Source: Amphiscolops sp. MND2022 (taxonomy: Eukaryota). From it: a DNA stretch of 64,000 bases. Of the stretch, positions 1 through 13,459 are shown piece after piece (within the stretch, counting starts at the first letter, position 1; each line of letters opens with the position of its first letter). The notes under the pieces are model-generated. The model was not told the DNA's origin and ran no database searches. It was given only the letters and a program-made list of their open reading frames with translations. The DNA is taken from assembly GCA_964187785.1 (NCBI GenBank), contig OZ076416.1, forward strand, positions 38,874,001 through 38,938,000. Reading direction: 5' to 3'. The position numbers were made by a program, and so were the translations under genes.

Positions 1-805
1 AACTTGCGGCAGTTCACAACACCGGTCACGTGACTTACCAATTAGCACCAACTGGCAATAGCCAATAAGAGTCGGCTGGTAAGAGATTTAGCGTCTTACC
101 AGCCTGAAAAGACACGTGAACTGCTGAATTTTGGACTGCCATTAGAGATTACACAGACCGAAATTGCGATTAGCTACCGTCCAGTTGGATGAATTACGAC
201 AGATTTGAACTAGAAAACATATCTTGTATTCATCATAAAAAACGCTACCTTCACAACTCTGAGTAATTTCTTGATTGATATCTGTTCGATGAAATTTGGA
301 TGAACTCTACTTGATCCTCGTTAACTATTTCTCAATTCCTTACTAGCATCCTTGTCTTACTGTAAAACTCATCGCATTTACATCTCAAGTTCAGAAATAG
401 TGAATTTGAGTTCGAATAACAGCATAAAACAGTAAAACACATCGAAAATCATCCAGAATCCAGTCTTCACTCATAATTCCTTTTCTCCCACCTCTATGAA
501 CCCAGATCTAGGCACTGAACTCAGAAGCGGAAGAATCATTAGTTCCTCATTAGATACACCCGTTCAAACGGATCCAGACATGGCTCAGTCTTCTGCCAAT
601 GATTCTGATAGCAACGAGGTTTCCGACATCTCGTCTCAGTTATCTGAAATAAAAGAGAGCTATGAGAGAAAGATAAACGAATTACAGAATGAGTTCAGTC
701 AACTGAAGGACTTAATGATGGCTGTCATAAGTAAGACAGACACCGAAAATCGACAGTCAACCTCGAAAGGTCCTTCAAAGCCGACCCACACGGTTGGGCT
801 CGACA
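1..805 (+). mobile_element. Probable right-hand part of an LTR (solo or 3' LTR) of another Gypsy-like family, containing a gag N-terminus-like ORF (496-813)
   Basis: Ends in ...CTCGACA (799-805), the same CGACA terminus as the large LTR element. The ORF has an LRSGR motif and a heptad coiled coil (SQLSEIKESYERKINELQNEFSQLKDLM), typical of Gypsy Gag N-termini, and stops 8 nt after the CGACA. The left end lies outside the window, so no TSD can be checked. Confidence 0.4.
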
Positions 806-2949
806 TCATCTGACTTAATCACCGCTTCTCAAATAGGACGCTGAAGATGACGCTAGTTTGCTGTTTACATTGTGAATGAAGTTAATTTGCAATGAAATGG
901 CGGCAAAATTGTTGAGGTCTCAGCTGCATTTAAAATTAGAACTGATGCATATTGAAACTTGCAGAATAAAAGTTGGTGACAACATGAAAAGATTAACGCA
1001 TCAAGGTTTCCGTAAGATCTTTAGATTATCGTAATAAAAGTTGCTGGCACCATTGAAGTACATGTAAAAAATTCAAGCATGTTCAAGAAGGGCTACTACT
1101 GACTTATGGTGCTTACTGCTGGCCTCGCTACGTTTTCTTGAAGCAAAACGGGAACGTCTAAAGATGGCGCTGTTTTTGAGGATCACAAAGCGCTAAGTTT
1201 TTGAAATACGCCCGGGACGTACTTATGAAAAGCTCAGAAAACAGTTTCGAGACGCCCAAAGAGGGCCTTTCATGCTTAGACTCAGAAACCACTTTTTCTC
1301 CAACTCAAATAAAACGTTTATTATTCTGAAAAAAAAAAATTTTTGTTCGCAAAATCTCGAATATGCCGAAATTTGTGGAAATGAGGGCCTTCTGGCAAAT
1401 ATTAACATACAATCTGTTGCAAAATATCAAATAAATTGAAAAAAGCAATACATTTTGGTTGAAGTCGAATAAGAAAAATTTCGAAAAAGGTCTCAGAGTG
1501 GCAAAAAAGAATTACAAAAACACCACGATAGCCAAAGTAGGGTCCTCAGTATGTTTCCGACGTTCTCGGGCCGATTTTGTTTTGAACGAGAATCTGACGT
1601 ATCCAGTATGTTTTGTACATGCGAAGTTTTGAGTTAAGCTAATGAACAGATGAGTAGACATTCCTGTGTGATGTCCGTGGTCTGCAGAAAAAAGAGTCAA
1701 TGTAAGTGTCGGGCAATTTGTGCTTCACAAAAACTCCGACTAAAAATCACCGCAAACGCCAGAAATTATCACTCAGCGCGATTATCAATCAGTAAGCGTA
1801 TCTGGTATAAGGTCGGCGAGCAACAAAAAGTCAGTGAGATGGACGGCTGCGTTCAATTCGCTACAAATAAGGCAAGTGTAACGTTCGGGCTGGAGTTGCA
1901 ATGGCTGTAGACGACACAAGATTGCTGACACTTACTGGGAATTCATGTTGAGACTTCCGCAGAGAGATATTGTTACGGTTCCGGACCCCATCTATGTAGA
2001 AGGTTTTTTAACCTCCGAATTCCATGTCCTCCCCCAACAATTCTAGTGAAGATATGAATGGCATTTCACCTCAAGTTCTGAAGGGCCTGAATGCCAAGTC
2101 GAAAGGCTTTTTTAAACGCTGGAAGGAAAGTAGTTGTAGTAATAGAGACTCAATTAAATTGGAGGGTATAATGATAATAAAACGTATATAGTTATTATGA
2201 TCTATAACATGTACATGGGCATTCCAGGTAGAAGCTGCAAAAGTAATCAATGTGGTAACATTTTGCAGTTTTCCTAAATAGAATTCAAACTAGACTTCAA
2301 AACGTTTAAAGGCATATCAAAAGTGGCCATTTGTGAGCTTATCAGTCCATTTGCTTAACGCGCCGCTCTAATAAAGAAATTGTTGTCTGCAGAATTTTTT
2401 TTTCATTTGGATCATAGAACAGACCAATTGACGAAGAGTGTGTGCATAGGTTACATTTCATGATATTGTTGTTAATGTCGACATACTTGTGACTCAGCTT
2501 TCATAACAAAATAACGTCGTTTTTAACAATTTGGTAGCTTTTTGGAATGATGTCAAGATGAACTAGTGCTGCAACAGTGAAAGACGTTTTACTGATCCAA
2601 GGTAATACTTTTTTTGCATTTTTTTAGGTTGATGAAGTTGTGTTTTAGTGGGAAATCATACAGGGCGGCCATACACTTAATAGGAAGAATAGGTTATGAA
2701 TAGAACAAGTTTTTCCTCCTGAAAGATGTAGAAGGTGGAAGCTTTCACTTGAGGAAAAAGAAAACTGTTTTTTCTTTCAAAAGTGTAAAAACAACGTGTT
2801 GTTTCCTTGATAAGCGGTTAGAGACAATAGAACCGAAGTCATGCGTTTGTCCAACAAACGGAAGCGGATTGCAATCACGCATCATCGTCGGGTTTTTTGC
2901 GACTAAAATTGATAAGTATACACTTTGTAGGGTGGAAGTCAAGTTGGTT

Positions 2950-4260
2950 CTTCATTTCACTCCAGTCGGAAAGACTGTTTATCTCGTCTTGAGCTGATTG
3001 TGCAGTGCAATTGTCAAAGACCTTACGGTCATCAGCAACGATTCGCAATTGGCTATCGTGTATTTTATCACAATTATCATTTTTGAAACAAAAGAAACAG
3101 TAATGGATCCAACACACAGCCCTGTTACTTCAGGTGTTGTTCACCCTTAATCACTTGATTTATAATAAATTGAAGAAAAATCTCTCAAGTACAAGCGACA
3201 GTATAGGCAGACTGCAAACTTGTCTGTACTTTGTAATGTTGGAGGACTTTTGCGAGGTAGTGACACGAGAAGTGTTTCACTTAGATCACAATGTACGGTT
3301 TTGTATATTCCAACTGAATAAATCAAAGGCAAAAGGGTCAAGGATATCAGAATAGCTATTACGAACAAATGGTGAAATATTGTCATCACCACATGCACTA
3401 GAATCAGGGCATATTCTCAACAGATACTCAACATCGGAACCGGACAGTCGAAAGTCATCTAGTTTAGTGGAAGTGTTATCGCAGGCCTCAGGGATTTCAT
3501 AATCGTTTTTCTCATTTAATACAGACGCAAATTCAACGTTCAACTCTGGATGTTTTCTGTGATCACAATTGATTGCTTTGGTAATGTGAAACATTTCTGA
3601 GGGCAGTGTTTTGCCGAATCACAGACTGCGTAACAACTTGAAACAATGACTAGACGACGAGAGATCAAACTGAATAACGAACAATTGTTTGTCTAGTTCA
3701 AAAGTATCAGAAATAGTTTTTGTGATTTCTTTGGGTTTGGTAGCCTGCAGGAAGAAAATGCACTTCGATAGTTTACGAAGAGTTGTATCACTGGTTTTTG
3801 ATATAGATGAACAGTGTGAGAAAAAGAGTATAACTGCAGTGAAAGTCAATTACCACGTTTAGTTCCAAGGATCTTGTGTAAAAATGGCGAAAGAATTAGA
3901 TACCACTCTTCAGGATATTGGCTGTCATCCAGTCAGAACTCTTATTAAGGCAGTCCAACACCAACACATGTCAGTGAATAAAATCTTCTGCAAGGTGAAA
4001 CGTCCTCAGCCCTTCCACTGCCTTCAGATGGCCGACCAAAAGTCAAAAAAGATGCTACCATATACCTTTGCGAGCACAAATTTGCATACCACAGGCTAGC
4101 ACAAGGCCTTAGTAGAGCATTATCGTGAAACATAAGACCAAACCATTCCAGCTGATCAATGTGGTGGAAATGTTTATGGTATCGGCATAGCTGTTTACGA
4201 TACCGGACATCTCATTGAATGTGTTAGTGCATTGTTAAGTGCATCCAGAAGGCAGGCCTG
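2950..4260 (-). pseudogene. Degraded non-LTR (LINE) retrotransposon ORF2 remnant
   Basis: Minus-strand fragments LLRICPDSSACGDDNISPF (pre-RT) and IVADDRKVF...QDEINSLSDWSEMKNQLDFHPTKCILINF (xADD motif and RT domain 7 pattern). Multiple stops and frameshifts; the central RT is missing. Confidence 0.65.
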
Positions 4261-4457
4261 AATCTAAAAATGTATAATTGTAATTTTGGAAATTGATTTT
4301 GAGGGACGAACCATCACTCGCGACGACGTGAAGCCGCCGAGACCACGGATCCAAAGTTTCCTGAAAAATGCAAAAATCCCAAAAATCAGAAAAACACTGC
4401 GATCGCAAGTCATGTTACACCTGGGTCGAAACATTTATGTTGAACAAAAGCAGTTAA

Positions 4458-5042
4458 CATTAAGTTGACCGGAAAAATTTGGATCCATCTAAAAATCGGG
4501 TGCTTAAACTTTAAATCGCAATATATCCTAAACCATTCAAGCCCGACAAAGAATTTATAGAGCTTTCGAAAGAGGAGCATCAAAGCTTTCAAGTCAATTT
4601 TTAAACCGCTGGGCTGGGGGCCCGCTAGCGCCGGTCCCTTGCGCGCAAAGTTTTTTGCGCGAAGTCCTCGGCTGGCGTGCGGCTTCGCCGCACTGGCTCC
4701 AGACTTCGCACCAAACCTTTGCACGCCCCGTGTCTCTCATTGGATTTCAGCATGTTTCAAAACTTGCTGTGGCCGCTTTGACCCAGTGTTGATACCAGAG
4801 GGATAAAAGGGCTACAAACCATAACTGGAAAAATGGAAAAACTGCACCCAGTTTTTTGATTTTTTTCGTTCATGTTCTGGATTTCGGAGACATCATGTCA
4901 ATATTTCGTGAAAAGGCACCGAATGCTAGGCAATATCGTCTGAAAATCCTTTTCAAGAGTTTTCTTTAGCCTACAATCAGCTGATGCGTTTAGAATTTGC
5001 AGAAACTAAATTGTCAAATTCGGCACAGTGGCCAAGTTAAGG
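4458..5042. mobile_element. piggyBac-like MITE (TTAA-flanked), same family as 56765-57190
   Basis: TTAA at 4454-4457 and 5043-5046. Imperfect TIRs CATTAAGTTGACC / GGCCAAGTTAAGG. The interior is clearly homologous to 56765-57190 (ggatccat..aaactttaaa.cgcaatat..., ttttttgattttt, gtttagaa.ttgcagaaactaa). Confidence 0.65.
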
Positions 5043-5647
5043 TTAACAACCATAACATGAAGTCACAATAAACAACGATTCGAACAAAAAAATAATCTTG
5101 CATGTGTTTGAACACACTGCGGAAGTGAAATCAAATTGTTTTGGACAATGATTAATTATTGAAACAAGGCTGAACTTTTACTATCACAGAATACAAGGTC
5201 AGGAAGGTTTTAAATTTTTGGGTGGCCTCATCAACCATCTGAACCAAGCCAAAAATAAAGTAAAGAAAACAACGTTCCATTGAACAAGTTTCCAGTCAAC
5301 GTTGGAAATGTTAAAAGCACTAAGAATGTACACCTTATGGGTACCAGTGTAATCGAATTGTGGTAGGATATCAAGGAGTTTTTTCATAAAAAGCTTCCAA
5401 ACACCAATGTAAGTCGGAAAGAACCAAAGAGTCTTTACAAGAGTAGTAGGGAGGATTGTACACCATTATAAAAAAAGAAAATTATCACTCAGAATTACAC
5501 GAGCAATGACAAAACAGAAATCCGAAAGGATAATATCAATTGCACGAATAGCATTGTTCAATAAAAGGCTATTAGTAAGCCACCATGTTCTCTGCAACTT
5601 CTGTCAGTGCACACAAAAGTACGATAAGAGGAACCAATGAAAAATTC

Positions 5648-8600
5648 TGAGTTAGACTTGCACAGATGGACTCAGTTCATACGTTTTTCGATTGGAGGCA
5701 ATGACTGACAGTTCACTAGCATACATCTCAGAGAATCTGGTCAAATGGCTTCAACTTCACCTTCCCTCTATTGGTAATAGAGTTTTAGAATTCGTGTACG
5801 ACAAACTTGACTTTAGTTTCTGGGTGGATTATATGATTCCTTCTGGATACAATGTTCCAATGTTCTCACGTAGCCAATCAGCCGGAAATGGAAATTTTTC
5901 GATATGGAAACGATAATCGAATGTTTGGAGAATGTGGCTGCGAGCAAAACTGATTCGTGAAAAGAGGATTTGTCGAAGTAAGAAGTTGAAGTTGAAGTTG
6001 TAAATGACGCTTTTTTAACACTCAAAGCGTTCAAAATGGGTATGTCTTTAATCGTGCTCATGGTAGTGAGTTCCCTAATTCGGCACCTGATACCCAGAAG
6101 CATCGTTTTCCATAGGTATTGTTGGTAATTCTGACAGTCCATTTCGTTCCCTGGAATTTCTCAGATCGTACTGATCAAGTTGCCGATACCTGAAAAACGG
6201 TACCGACAAGTGAATCGGTACAGGCAAGTCATTATAAAGACGGTATACGAAGCATAAGATTTTGTACTTAGTTCTTTGTTCAACAGGAAGCAAACGAAGT
6301 TCATTCAGAAGTAAGTTAACATTAGAATTTCCTTGATGAAGAAGGAGGCATGCTGCTCTATTCTGAACTCTTTGCAATTTTTTGATCATGTAGTCCGGAG
6401 CACCATTTAACAGTGAGTTAAAATAATCAAGTCTACTGATAACGAAAGTGAGACTCGATTACTTTGTGAGATCGCATGACAAATATTTTCGAATTGATGT
6501 TATCCTTCTGAGGTGATAGTAGGACTTCGCACAGGTGCTGTTGATGGAAGAAGAGAAACCTAACTTGTTATCCAAAGTAACTCCCTAAATTTTTGACACT
6601 ATCTTTGATCTCAATTCTGATCCCATCGATTGTGATTGTCTCGGGAAGGCTGATTCTTTGATTCGTAACGAACATACATTAAGTTTTTGAACTGTTTACT
6701 TTGAATTTCAAGGCGGCCAATAGTTTCAAAACACTGGCAATTATGTTTTTATGTTTCAAGAAATTGGCAAAGGTTGTCCCCAGGTCAAATTCCAAGGAAA
6801 TCGTTATGTCACCGGCATAGATGTGATAACTAGCAAAAAAATTCATTAAGTAGAGACCTCAAAGTGCGTAAGTATAGAATGAAGAGCACTGGCCCTAAGA
6901 TCGATCCTTGAGGAACAACTGTTTCGATAGATGTACCCTCAGAGTAGCTTCCATCAATGAGGACACATTGTATTCGACCATTCAGGTAGGATTTTATCAA
7001 GGAATGCGCCTGGCCAATAATCCCAATTTGAGATATAATCGACCGAAGTATTTCATGATCCACGGTGTCGAACGCTGCGGATAGATCTGAGGATATCACC
7101 AGAAATGTACTCTTGTTGTTCAGGCCCCATAGGAGATTTTAAGTTGGGTCTAATAACGCTGTCTCTGTTGAATGATATTTCCTATACGCAGATTGATGCT
7201 CGTCAAGTACTGCATGTTTATCCAAAAAGCGTTTGAGTTGCAGAGCAATGGCCTTTTCAATAACTTTGGAAGCGAAATGCAAATTCGTGTTTGGTCTGTA
7301 GTTTGTTAGTTCTTCGATGTCACCACTTTTAAAAATTGGTATGACTATCCCATGTTTGAAGGCAGTGGGGAAGACGGCATTAAGGAAAGACTCCTTGATA
7401 ATCTCAGATACCTGGTTATCGAAAAATGAAACTTCTTCAAAATTCTGAAAGGCACATTTTGACTAGGTTGACGTTTCGACGACACTTGATTGCTAACAAG
7501 CACTACATATAAGTTATCAACGTTTTCGAAGGTTTCCAGAAAGTCTCCAGAAGCCGGGATTTTCAAGTCTTCTAAACCCGGCGGAATGTTTCCAAGATTA
7601 TTCTGAATTTTGGATGAGAAAAAATCATTGAATTTGTTTGCTAATGGCACTCGGGGAAAGACCGAAGGTAGAGTTTGCTTCTTTTTAGATCCAAGGAGGG
7701 TTTTAATAGCCGCGAATTTCAGCTTCGACGTATCAGCATCACTAAGTTTCTTCTCCAAAAACCTAGAACGTTTTTAATGAAACAGCTTGAAGTAGTTTTC
7801 TGTCGCAATTTGCTTGTGTAGTCTATCGATGGTGGACGGCATTTTTCTGAATAAATTTTCCAATTGACGCTGTTTCCTCTCACATGCTCTCAGTTCATTA
7901 TCGTAAAAAGGGCAATCGTGTTTCGAGATAACTCTTTCCATTTCTGGAGCATGTTGGTCACTTATTGTTTGAGTTAGACTTGCACAGATGGACTCAGTTC
8001 ATACGTTTTTCGATTGGAGGCAATGACTGACAGTTCACTAGCATACATCTCAGAGAATCTGGTCAAATGGCTTCAACTTCACCTTCCCTCTATTGGTAAT
8101 AGAGTTTTAGAATTCGTGTACGACAAACTTGACTTTAGTTTCTGGGTGGATTATATGATTCCTTCTGGATACAATGTTCCAATGTTCTCACGTAGCCAAT
8201 CAGCCGGAAATGGAAATTTTTCGATATGGAAACGATAATCGAATGTTTGGAGAATGTGGCTGCGAGCAAAACTGATTCGTGAAAAGAGGATTTGTCGAAG
8301 TAAGAAGTTGAAGTTGAAGTTGTAAATGACGCTTTTTTAACACTCAAAGCGTTCAAAATGGGTATGTCTTTAATCGTGCTCATGGTAGTGAGTTCCCTAA
8401 TTCGGCACCTGATACCCAGAAGCATCGTTTTCCATAGGTATTGTTGGTAATTCTGACAGTCCATTTCGTTCCCTGGAATTTCTCAGATCGTACTGATCAA
8501 GTTGCCGATACCTGAAAAACGGTACCGACAAGTGAATCGGTACAGGCAAGTCATTATAAAGACGGTATACGAAGCATAAGATTTTGTACTTAGTTCTTTG

Positions 8601-9925
8601 TTCAACAGGAAGCAAACGAAGTTCATTCAGAAGTAAGTTAACATTAGAATTTCCTTGATGAAGAAGGAGGCATGCTGCTCTATTCTGAACTCTTTGCAAT
8701 TTTTTGATCATGTAGTCCGGAGCACCATTTAACAGTGAGTTAAAATAATCAAGTCTACTGATAACGAAAGTGAGACTCGATTACTTTGTGAGATCGCATG
8801 ACAAATATTTTCGAATTGATGTTATCCTTCTGAGGTGATAGTAGGACTTCGCACAGGTGCTGTTGATGGAAGAAGAGAAACCTAACTTGTTATCCAAAGT
8901 AACTCCCTAAATTTTTGACACTATCTTTGATCTCAATTCTGATCCCATCGATTGTGATTGTCTCGGGAAGGCTGATTCTTTGATTCGTAACGAACATACA
9001 TTAAGTTTTTGAACTGTTTACTTTGAATTTCAAGGCGGCCAATAGTTTCAAAACACTCTTGTACTCTTGTTGTTCAGGCCCCATAGGAGATTTTAAGTTG
9101 GGTCTAATAACGCTGTCTCTGTTGAATGATATTTCCTATACGCAGATTGATGCTCGTCAAGTACTGCATGTTTATCCAAAAAGCGTTTGAGTTGCAGAGC
9201 AATGGCCTTTTCAATAACTTTGGAAGCGAAATGCAAATTCGTGTTTGGTCTGTAGTTTGTTAGTTCTTCGATGTCACCACTTTTAAAAATTGGTATGACT
9301 ATCCCATGTTTGAAGGCAGTGGGGAAGACGGCATTAAGGAAAGACTCCTTGATAATCTCAGATACCTGGTTATCGAAAAATGAAACTTCTTCAAAATTCT
9401 GAAAGGCACATTTTGACTAGGTTGACGTTTCGACGACACTTGATTGCTAACAAGCACTACATATAAGTTATCAACGTTTTCGAAGGTTTCCAGAAAGTCT
9501 TCAGAAGCCGGGATTTTCAAGTCTTCTAAACCCGGCGGAATGTTTCCAAGATTATTCTGAATTTTGGATGAGAAAAAATCATTGAATTTGTTTGCTAATG
9601 GCACTCGGGGAAAGACCGAAGGTAGAGTTTGCTTCTTTTTAGATCCAAGGAGGGTTTTAATAGCCGCGAATTTCAGCTTCGACGTATCAGCATCACTAAG
9701 TTTCTTCTCCAAAAACCTAGAACGTTTTTAATGAAACAGCTTGAAGTAGTTTTCTGTCGCAATTTGCTTGTGTAGTCTATCGATGGTGGACGGCATTTTT
9801 CTGAATAAATTTTCCAATTGACGCTGTTTCCTCTCACATGCTCTCAGTTCATTATCGTAAAAAGGGCAATCGTGTTTCGAGATAACTCTTTCCATTTCTG
9901 GAGCATGTTGGTCACTTATTGTTTG
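5648..9925. repeat. 2,322-bp tandem duplication (5648-7969, copy 2 from 7970); copy 2 has a net 368-bp deletion
   Basis: Identical ORFs at offset 2322 (5692/8014, 6075/8397) and at offset 1954 after the deletion (7345/9299). TGA microhomology at the junction. Copy 2 lacks 6736-7105, which is replaced by 2 filler nt at 9058-9059. Confidence 0.95.
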
Positions 9926-10380
9926 AAGGGCTCCCAAGAAGCTGTCAATCAGAGGACACCCTACGATAGACCACAGGTGCTAAAAACAATCTTCATTGAA
10001 ATCTACTTGGTTATCATATTTCCAATTTTTGAAATTGACAACGGATCTTTCACGATTTTCGATAAGAAATTTTAAGCAGTCGAAATATAACAAATCGTGA
10101 TCCGATGTGGGGACACTAACAAGAAATAATTCAACCTTTTGTGGTACAATGACAAGATCAAGAGTGTTACCACATTTATGAGTATGTAGTTCAACTGACT
10201 GTACCAGTCCAAACTCATCGAGAATATTTTTAAAATCAGTCGAAGCTGGACATATTCGATTGACTTGAATATTGACATCGCCACAACAGAAGATGTATTC
10301 AAACGAAAATTTCACAAGTAAGCCATGAAACTCTTCAAGAAAGAGTTGCAAGTTTCCAAAAGGTCGACGATAGCAGCAGA
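5982..10380 (-). pseudogene. L2/CR1-type LINE ORF2 (AP endonuclease + RT), degraded and partly tandem-duplicated
   Basis: Endonuclease motifs GDVN, THKCGNTLDL and SDH (9980-10351). RT motifs DLSAAFDTVDH and VPQGSILGPVLFILY (6830-7099). L2-typical C-terminus IKKLQRVQNRAACLL (6075-6389). (GAAGTT)3 tail-like repeat at ~5982-6000. Confidence 0.85.
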
Positions 10381-10601
10381 GAAAAGAGTAACACGAATTT
10401 GACGATATCGCGAACTCGACCGTCCTCCTTTTTTTACGTTTCTGTGCACTAAATTTTTTTAGTCTGCGGATGGCATTTTCATTGCCTTCAAAAGGTGGGC
10501 GGAAGTAGGTCGAAGTAACGGGATCGAAAATCAGAGTTAGTCCTCAGGTCGACATACCAAATTTTTTGAATGGGATCGAAACAACTCGGATCGAAATTTA
10601 T

Positions 10602-10740
10602 ATAACGTAGTCAGATATGTTCACATACCCCTAGTGCCCTGAATACAGGAGCGAAGCGAAGCGGAGCGACGTGCCATATGGCCATGGCTCAATGTTGCTA
10701 CTTGGCGAAGGGAGCAAAGCGACCGAGCCATACAACAAAT
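10602..10740 (+). repeat. Dispersed non-coding repeat family starting ATAACGTAGTCAG (related copies begin at 23334 and 24726)
   Basis: Near-identical blocks ataacgtagtcag.tatgttcacata..cctagtgccct...gctacttggcgaagggagc.aagcgaccgagccatacaacaaata at 10602 and 24726. A variant starts at 23334; a related ccatttcctctagtgccct segment lies at ~11178. Confidence 0.75.
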
Positions 10741-10904
10741 ACGATAAAATTCGACCGCATTCCTTTCGATCCCTGCAATTCGATCAAAAGGTTCGACCTC
10801 TGTCCTTTCGACCAGAAAAATTCGACTATTTACAGCCACCCCCTTCAAGGCGTAAACCCATGTGCTGAAGGAAATCATCAACATTTTTAGAATATTGTTC
10901 AGCA

Positions 10905-11095
10905 TAGGAACAGAATAAGACCTAAATCGACAACGGGAATAAGACCAAAAGTAAAATTCATTTTCCAGGAGTAAGCCATAAAAATTTAGGTCTTATTCCT
11001 ACTTTTTGGAAAAAGACCTATTAGCGAAATAAAACCTGAAAACGACAAAAAGTGGGAATTAGACCTAAAAACGGGAATAAGACCTAAATGAGGAA
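10905..11095 (+). repeat. Array of GGAATAAGACCTAAA-like units (MITE subterminal repeats)
   Basis: Several aataagacc(t)aaa units and inverted taggtcttattcc units; related units at ~23865-23915. Confidence 0.55.
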
Positions 11096-11222
11096 TGACA
11101 CCCCTGGAAGAACAGGGGGGTCTTTAAAGGAATAATATGTGAAGTTTTTGAAGTATGAAACGTGCCTCTGATATTTTCCCATTTCCTCTAGTGCCCTGTG
11201 GCTCTTGGGGTCGCTTATGTTC

Positions 11223-11422
11223 NNNNNNNNNNNNNNNNNNNNNNNNNNNNNNNNNNNNNNNNNNNNNNNNNNNNNNNNNNNNNNNNNNNNNNNNNNNNNN
11301 NNNNNNNNNNNNNNNNNNNNNNNNNNNNNNNNNNNNNNNNNNNNNNNNNNNNNNNNNNNNNNNNNNNNNNNNNNNNNNNNNNNNNNNNNNNNNNNNNNNN
11401 NNNNNNNNNNNNNNNNNNNNNN
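11223..11422. other. Assembly gap (200 N)
   Basis: A run of exactly 200 N, a round placeholder length typical of scaffold joins. Confidence 0.99.
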
Positions 11423-11754
11423 GCCGCCCCCCCCTCCAAAGCGGCGAAGGCCCAAAACGCCTATAGATATAGTGGTTTTCAGCAAACACACCACAAAAGC
11501 ATGCAAAAGTGTACTCGAAACGGCCCCTTTTTGAACCCCTCAAACCAGGGCGATGACCAAAACAAAAAAAAGATAAACATCCAGAAACGACGAAAAGTGC
11601 ACCGCCAAAACGCCATTTTCAACATCAGGTAGAATGCTGAAACCACTGTAAACGTAGCCCGAATAACGCATGGTCGGAATTTTAACATCAAATTTGGCCA
11701 GGATTTTAACTTTGAAATCGGCCAAACTTGGCCAGGACTTTAACTCTACAAAAT

Positions 11755-11812
11755 GTATATATGTATGTATGTATGTCTGTATGCATGTCTGTATGTATGT
11801 CTGAATGTATGT
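11755..11812. repeat. (TATG)n-like microsatellite running into the second gap
   Basis: tatatatgtatgtatgtatgtctgtatgcatgtctgtatgtatgt directly before the Ns. Confidence 0.9.
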
Positions 11813-11943
11813 NNNNNNNNNNNNNNNNNNNNNNNNNNNNNNNNNNNNNNNNNNNNNNNNNNNNNNNNNNNNNNNNNNNNNNNNNNNNNNNNNNNNNNNN
11901 NNNNNNNNNNNNNNNNNNNNNNNNNNNNNNNNNNNNNNNNNNN
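11813..11943. other. Assembly gap (131 N)
   Basis: Run of 131 N. Confidence 0.99.
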
Positions 11944-12450
11944 CGCGTTGTATTCTTATAAAGACAGATGTGCAACAACTACCCTGCAAAATTGATATCC
12001 CTTGTTGTTCTTGCGATTCTCTTCTACTACTCTGAATTGCTGTCTCTATGAGCCCAAACGCCTTCTTTTAAAAGGGAACTCGCGGGGGAGAACTTCTGGG
12101 GAAATCCGACATGCCTGATAAGTTCCGAAGCGTCTGAAACAATATCGCCCCTTAGTTGTTGCCCTTTGGTTTTGTCTATCAGCTGTTCTCAAGTCGTTGT
12201 TGCGCTCTTGTTTTTTCTCGACAGATCAATTATAAGTTCTTGCATTCCATCATGAGGTGAAAAGGAAAATGATCGACATTTGTTTAAGTTTCCACGGCGC
12301 CTGCTCCCCTTAAGACGATGATATGAAAGGGGTGAGGTCTGGACTTGTAACGGGCAAATCGTTGGAGCCCAGAAAAAGGGAATGTCGACAAAATGTCCGA
12401 AAGATGTCGAGAAAAAATGTCCGAAAAATGTCCAAAAACTGTCCGGAGGG

Positions 12451-12727
12451 TTGCGAACCAGAGCGCCTGGGAGAGGGGTCGAAAATAGGAAAATCCCCGA
12501 GAGTGGTTAGGAGAGGGTGCAAAAGGTCTTCTGGACCCACAGCGCAAAGGTCTCCCAAGAGTCTCTTGCACCATGTGCAACCCTGTTTTGCACCGGCGCA
12601 AGCCCAGGTTGCACCGGTGCAAGAGGCTGTTTGCTCCCTCGGTTCAAAAGACCTTTTGCCCCCTCTCCTAACCTCTTTCGGGGATTGTCCTATTTTTGAT
12701 CCCTCTCCCAGGCACTCTGGTTTGCGA
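12451..12727. mobile_element. ~277-bp foldback element with ~90-bp arms, flanked by an 8-bp direct repeat
   Basis: Left arm ttgcgaaccagagcgcctgggagagggg...aaaaggtctt mirrors right arm aagaccttttg...ctctcccaggcactctggtttgcga. CCGGAGGG occurs at 12443-12450 and 12728-12735. Confidence 0.75.
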
Positions 12728-13315
12728 CCGGAGGGGCTGTTTGCCCGCAATTCTGGGGCCGGAAATGGCTGCGCCAATTTTATGGGCGCCTGGAAAAAAT
12801 GCATTCTTTCTGCAGGGAAGACCCATGCCCCAAAAATTCCTCGTTTCAGGGGGGGGGTATTTTGGGTGATGGGAGGGGGGGAAGTGCCGATTTTATTTTT
12901 ATGGGCGCGAGGATTTTTTCTGATTTCTTCGGACTTTCACATTGTGGGTGTAGAAGTTGGGGGTGGTAGTCAGGCAAGAAAAGGCACATGAACTTTTAAC
13001 GCAAAAGCCTTTTGAGAAGGCGGTTAACCCCTGGACAACCTGCCGGTTAACCAGAAGAAAGTGCTTATTCTGATTTTCGGACACTTTTTGGACAATTTTT
13101 TGCCTATTTGGTCAATACTTTTGTTTGGTGACCCTGTCCACTGCTCGCCCGTTACAAGTCTGGACCTTAAAGGCAAAAATCCTGACCTTTGAAAGAGCCC
13201 AAATCAGCAAGCGGCGCTTGAAGGTGTGCCCCTGTTCTTTAGAGGACGGCGGACGGCAAACGTGCAACAACTAACGTGCAAAATGGTTTGGTCTTTTTCT
13301 TTTTATTAGAACGGG

Positions 13316-13459
13316 AAGAACTTGGGCCATAGCGGGGCTCGTATAAATAAATCCCTCTTTCTTCTGAATTCGGGCCGTTTTTTCCCTAGAAAATAGGGAA
13401 ATTCAGTTCTGAACTTTGGTTCGCGTAAAACGGTCTAAATCGCTATGGCCCAAGTTCTT
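13316..13459. mobile_element. 144-bp MITE with perfect 19-bp TIR
   Basis: AAGAACTTGGGCCATAGCG (13316-13334) / CGCTATGGCCCAAGTTCTT (13441-13459). Confidence 0.8.

Noticed and set aside
1650-2150. Possible transposase or exon remnants
   Set aside because: Short frames with multiple stops and no diagnostic motif.
11423-11812. Treating the 390-bp inter-gap fragment as correctly placed
   Set aside because: It is isolated between two gaps and ends in a microsatellite. It resembles the alien island in style, but its placement cannot be trusted.
11084-12035. ORFs reported across the N gaps
   Set aside because: Artefacts of stop-free N runs.
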